Source: Felis catus
Taxonomy: Eukaryota
DNA length: 64,000 nucleotides
Reading direction: 5' to 3'
Assembly: GCF_018350175.1 (NCBI RefSeq)
Contig: NC_058368.1
Span: forward strand, 141,858,001-141,922,000
Shown here: positions 63,459 through 64,000 of the stretch, in pieces
How positions within the stretch are numbered: the stretch's first letter is position 1
How the letters are laid out: every line of letters begins with the position of its first letter
Notes under the pieces: model-generated
Database searches by the model: none
What the model was told of the DNA's origin: nothing
The model's input: only the letters and a program-made list of their open reading frames with translations
Program-made: the position numbers and the translations under genes

Positions 63459-63543
63459 CACAACTGGAAACTGGCAGTCTGAGTAGAATCACAAAAGTCA
63501 ATACCCATTGAAACGGTAATGGATCCCTCAGGCTCAAGAGATT
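63459..63543 (-). CDS. AP3B1: AP3B1 internal coding exon (85 nt, probably exon 24), encoding (E)SLEPEGSITVSMGIDFCDSTQTASFQL(C)
   Basis: Minus strand reads ttatttcctag|AATCTCTTGAG...CAGTTGTG|gtaagt. The peptide matches the beta3A appendage region as I recall it, and the exon joins the next one in frame (TG|T = Cys). Confidence 0.96.
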
Positions 63544-63916
63544 CTAGGAAATAAGATAATTTAGACATGAAACCATGGAGGATGTGAAAAGGAGGCAGAC
63601 AAATCCCTGAAAACTTATATCGTGTTTGTAGTTTGGTTAAAACAGTCAAATTTAATGATGGCTTATAAGAACAACTTCAAACTAAGAATATTAAAGCAAA
63701 TTACAATTTCATGATTTTGCTCAAAGGCTTTCTTTTCACAACTCAAGTCTGCACATACTTCAAAGAACACATTCTGTTTCAGAAATATACCTCATCCTGA
63801 GAAATTTCATGTTTTACAGTATTGTCCTTATCGTTATTGAAAGTGAGAAAGAAATGTATTCCTGTTTGGAACAGCTGTAAAGGACTCACTTGGTGCTTTT
63901 AAGAGATTATGTACTT

Positions 63917-63974
63917 AAAATTATGGAGTATTTACTCTAGATAAAAAAAAATTATGGAGTATTTACTCTAGATA
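63917..63974. repeat. 27-bp direct repeat separated by AAAA
   Basis: aaaattatggagtatttactctagata at 63917-63943 and 63948-63974. Confidence 0.95.
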
Positions 63975-64000
63975 TAGTAAATTTAAAAATTTCCCAAATT

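Noticed and set aside
63884..63893. Minus-strand CAA|GTGAGT as a possible further AP3B1 exon donor
   Set aside because: No convincing acceptor or AP3B1-like reading frame upstream within the window. The preceding coding exon appears to lie beyond the window edge.

Overview
Mammalian genomic DNA from a cat-family (felid/feliform) carnivore, inferred from the many tRNA-derived CanSINE/SINEC_Fc elements. The right half holds the 3' end of AP3B1 (AP-3 complex subunit beta-1/beta3A) on the minus strand: four coding exons (63459-63543, 50338-50435, 45004-45142, 33432-33585) with canonical GT-AG junctions that splice in frame to the C-terminus ...RELKPVLSQG*, then a ~0.6 kb 3' UTR with AATAAA at 32866-32871. 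The left ~32 kb has no credible protein-coding gene. It contains an orphan CpG island (~4490-5480) around a homeodomain-motif-rich core that may be the orthologue of ultraconserved element uc.160 (from memory, unverified), several enhancer-like blocks, and SINE/LINE/LTR/DNA-transposon relics. The most interesting signal is a candidate frame-preserving 6/9-nt microexon in AP3B1 (49032-49040; pyrimidine-rich tract with UGC motifs, CAGCAG acceptor, CAG|GTGAGT donor). Together with a miR-9 8mer site in the 3' UTR, it suggests neural post-transcriptional control of the ubiquitous beta3A subunit. I see no prokaryotic-type or otherwise wholly new multi-gene system. Exon numbering follows my recollection of the 27-exon human gene, and repeat subfamily calls are by eye.
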